In this document: piece by piece, positions 60,738 to 64,000 of the stretch
Position numbering within the stretch: position 1 is the first letter of the stretch
How the letters are laid out: the number at the start of each line of letters is the position of its first letter
Origin: Myripristis murdjan
Taxonomy: Eukaryota
Direction: 5' to 3'
NCBI RefSeq assembly: GCF_902150065.1
Contig: NC_043996.1
Span: 24,924,745-24,988,744 of the forward strand
Length of the DNA: 64,000 nucleotides
The notes under the pieces: generated by a model
The model's input: only the letters and a program-made list of their open reading frames with translations
Database searches by the model: none
Told to the model about the DNA's origin: nothing
Program-made: the position numbers and the translations under genes

Positions 60738-62970
60738 GCTTTGATTCTGGAGAGAGAGAAACAAATAAAGTTAACGGGACTGAACAGGGAACCATCTAAG
60801 ATCGAGCTTGTTCCTTTGAATGTCCTGAAGAGAGTTGCACAGTGCAGCAACCTCCTAAAACTTAACCTCTAAATTCCTGTCACCTTCCGCGTCTGTGGCT
60901 TTGTACTGAACTAGACCCATCACACTCCGAGTTTCTCTATTTTACCATAACACTGTACCAGAGGTGAGAGTGCTAGTTAGTGTGCAACCAGTGTTACCTC
61001 ACTCTTTCAGGAAGCTGATAGTCACTGTCTGTTATGGCTGATGCTGATAAAGATGCCACTTCCATTTATCACAAAGCTCTTCTCACGCGCACACAGGATC
61101 TGATGTCACTGTCATTCACCGACTGTCCACCCAAAATGCAAGGGGGTGCAGATCAGATCTCTACCCAAAGTGTTTCTGAGAAACTGCACAGTACCCAGAA
61201 ATATTTTGAGCTTGATTAAATCAGACACCACTGCCTTGTCTGTTTGGGCGCTCACTCACGATATTTCTGCTCTAAATCTTTGCTCTGCCCTCAGCAATCT
61301 GCCTCTGTAGCATCATGGGTTTGGTTAAATGTCTTTGTATACTGTATCTCTAGTGCCAACATGTCTTTGGACTGTCAAGATCTTGCATTATCACTCTTTA
61401 GTTTCTAATGTTGAGCGAATGAACAGAAATGGTCAGAATCAGGAAGGAACCAGGGAAAAACACTGAGCTGAGACAGAGTAATAGGAAATAAACATGAGGA
61501 AATCTTAGTTCCCAGTGTGTCCGTGGTGTGTTACTGTGCTGCTGGACGGCTGCCACTTTGACGCAGCCCCCCAAGTATTCACATCAGGCCCGCCAGCAAA
61601 CGGTAGACTGGTACAGCATGCATAGACAGCATGCTAAAACATGCCAAATACTAGCAGCGCTCAGTCAAAAGAGCAAGAGTATTTCGACACAGGCTGATTC
61701 CCCTGTTCTCTCTTAGGTGTCTTCCTCCCCTCGACTGTTTCACACATGGAAATGAGTTGAGACGTGGACGGCTGAGGTCACACAATTTGGACTGTACTCA
61801 ATTTGGTCCTAACTGGAAAGAGTCACATCCCTTATTTATTTGCTAGTCCTGAAAGACGTTACTCAGTCATATCAGTGGCCGACTTTGACGACAGTATAAG
61901 AATTACGGACATTAGGAGTGCAGAGACATGTTAATTGGGTCAGTGATAATATAGGATAGTGCGCATCCTGAAACGACCCTCCACAAAACCACATCTTCCC
62001 TTGTGAGAAAACGACATCACGGCCTAATTTCCTGAATAAATTCTAATTTCCTTGCTCTGCTCCCACTGAAGCCCGCTGTTTATTTTCCATGATGGATTTA
62101 TATGAGAGTGAATGAGTAAACAAGTGAATCAAGTCAGGCTAACGTCACTAGTAAGGAACACACAGTCACAGGCAGCTAAATCCACAAAATCTGTCCGCTG
62201 AAAACTCTTATCTCCAAAACAACAGCTTATCAGGGATTAAGAGACACTTTCAGTGACAGTGGGCTCAAGCATCATAAATGATCAGTTCTACATTTCTAGC
62301 AAAAACACGAAAATCAATTTAAAAAAAATCAAGAAAGTTCTGAAAAGGTTTTGAAAGGTTTTGAAATTCACCATTATATTGCCAATTGTTTGACCTTGAG
62401 AGAGGCTCTGCATGCTGGTTATAGGAATAGGAAAAGTGGTGCAAGGTATAAAATCAATTAATAACTCGGAAGAAAACTTATAAAACAAATAAACAAACAA
62501 AAAATGTGTTGAAAAAGAGTCGAGCATGGATTTGAAAATGGATCAAAGAAAAGTGGAAAAAGGACAGAAAGAAAAAAAAATGGATTAATGGGTTGTGAGG
62601 TGTTACAGAGTGTTACAAGAGTGACTGACCTTTTCGGGGTGTGAAGACGCCCTGCTGCAGCTCGGGTTGATCTGACTCAAATATCCTTAGTTGCTTCTGC
62701 TTTCACTGATGCTTCTTCTCTTCTACTGGAAGACGTGTTTCGTTCACTCCATAATATACTGAACTATGTCCCGTCCCACAGGCTGCGACATGCTGTGCAC
62801 AGAGAGGTGTGTCCTTCCTTAACGCCCTCCGTCTCTCTCTCTCTCTAACTCTCCCTCAACTTCTGCTTCAAACACAGCCTCTTTCAAATCTGATCATCTT
62901 GTGGAAAGCATCACAGATGTTAACACTGTACATATCTATATATCTATCTATAACTATATCTACATCTATA

Positions 62971-62971
<1 letters not shown>

Positions 62972-63027
<56 letters not shown>
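62972..63027. repeat. (TG)n(GA)n compound microsatellite followed by poly(A)
   Basis: tgtgtg..gagagagag then a23. Confidence 0.9.
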
Positions 63028-63028
<1 letters not shown>

Positions 63029-64000
63029 TCCTAGTTTATATTTAAAAAAAAAAAAAAAAAAAAAAAACTGTCAGAATGTTTTCCTATAGATTTCCAGTAA
63101 TCATGAATCTCAATATTTCTGTGTCCTGAGGCACTTTTGATTTTCTGTAAGACCGTTGTTGTGTAAGCTGAGGGAGGATGGATGATCAAAAGTGACTCAA
63201 ACTCTTGCACAAGCTTGTTGTGTCATGGATGCAGAGTGCACAAGCACAAACACGCATACTGAGATCTCATACACACACACATACATACACACACATGCAC
63301 GTTCACAAATTCACTCAAGCAAGCACCCACTAGCTCTACACTGAGAGGAATGCTGCTTCCAGATTGGAGAAGGAAAAGAGAGAGAGAGAGAGAGTGGATG
63401 ATAAGAGCTGAAGCTGAAGTTATGGCTCTGAACGGGTCAGCAATCAGATGCGTGCTCGTATGCATAAAACGTATTGTTTAGTTCACCTGTTTTGTCACGC
63501 TCTGGATGTTCCTTCTGCCTATCTTTATGTTTTGTTTTGTCATTTTGATCCTGGGTGTTTTCTGTTGTTGTTACTATTTTTTATTCACGTATGTTTCTCA
63601 CCTTCTCCCTGCAAAGAATTTAAAGTAAAACAAAGATTTGGTCAGGGAAGAGCCGAAGCTGAAGCTCAAGGACTGATGGAGCCCGTTTGTTTAACCTTAA
63701 TCCGTCCAGGGACAGTTTGCCGGGTGTGTGTGCCCTTGTTCAGAAACGTCCCACTTCACATTCATGCTGTGTTTTCTGTGTCGGCTTACAGTCTGGGGCC
63801 ACATTCACAAAACATGCTCCTCACATCGATCCAGAAAGGTTAGAAGAAAGTTTAGGAAGTTCAATTCAATTCTATTTTTTACTAAAGGTTGCATGAGTTA
63901 CTAACCACAGCTATGTAAGAGCAATCTGTAAAACATGCTATGAAACTTAATATTCTTCAGGCAATAATCTCTTAAATTAAGTGCTGATTCATTTGATTCA

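Noticed and set aside
60360-60872. 170-aa plus-strand ORF antisense to ltb4r exon 1
   Set aside because: It is an antisense shadow ORF of a GC-biased coding exon, with no homology.

Overview
This 64-kb window is vertebrate nuclear DNA, most likely from a teleost fish, because it has intron-rich genes, abundant microsatellites, MITEs and a tRNA-derived SINE. There are no prokaryotic features (no CRISPR, operons or rRNA). Six protein-coding genes could be reconstructed exon by exon with canonical splice sites and fully consistent reading-frame phases: (1) the last four exons of a TMBIM/Lifeguard-GRINA-like gene (+, 859-6848); (2) a complete classical EF-hand calpain (+, 19 coding exons, 13812-26296, 689 aa); (3) a complete PARP2 orthologue (-, 17 coding exons, 28568-39795, 646 aa); (4) a METTL17/Rsm22-family mitochondrial methyltransferase (+, 14 exons, 41201-47830, 465 aa), divergent from parp2; (5) an SDR39U1-like epimerase-family gene (-, 6 exons, 48841-51775, 303 aa); (6) an LTB4R-like GPCR (-, 3 coding exons, 55850-60737, 351 aa). 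The parp2-mettl17-sdr39u1-ltb4r order matches the human 14q11.2-q12 neighbourhood. The most unusual feature is a symmetric, in-frame 201-nt exon inside parp2 that encodes a clear WWE (poly-ADP-ribose-binding) domain absent from mammalian PARP2. Other points of interest: two GC-AG introns; (CT)n microsatellites used as polypyrimidine tracts at four 3' splice sites; several MITE families, including a TTAA-flanked piggyBac-like pair and elements with TIRs; a 3' LINE fragment carrying a CCHC motif; a long hairpin repeat; and an LTB4R coding sequence split by introns.
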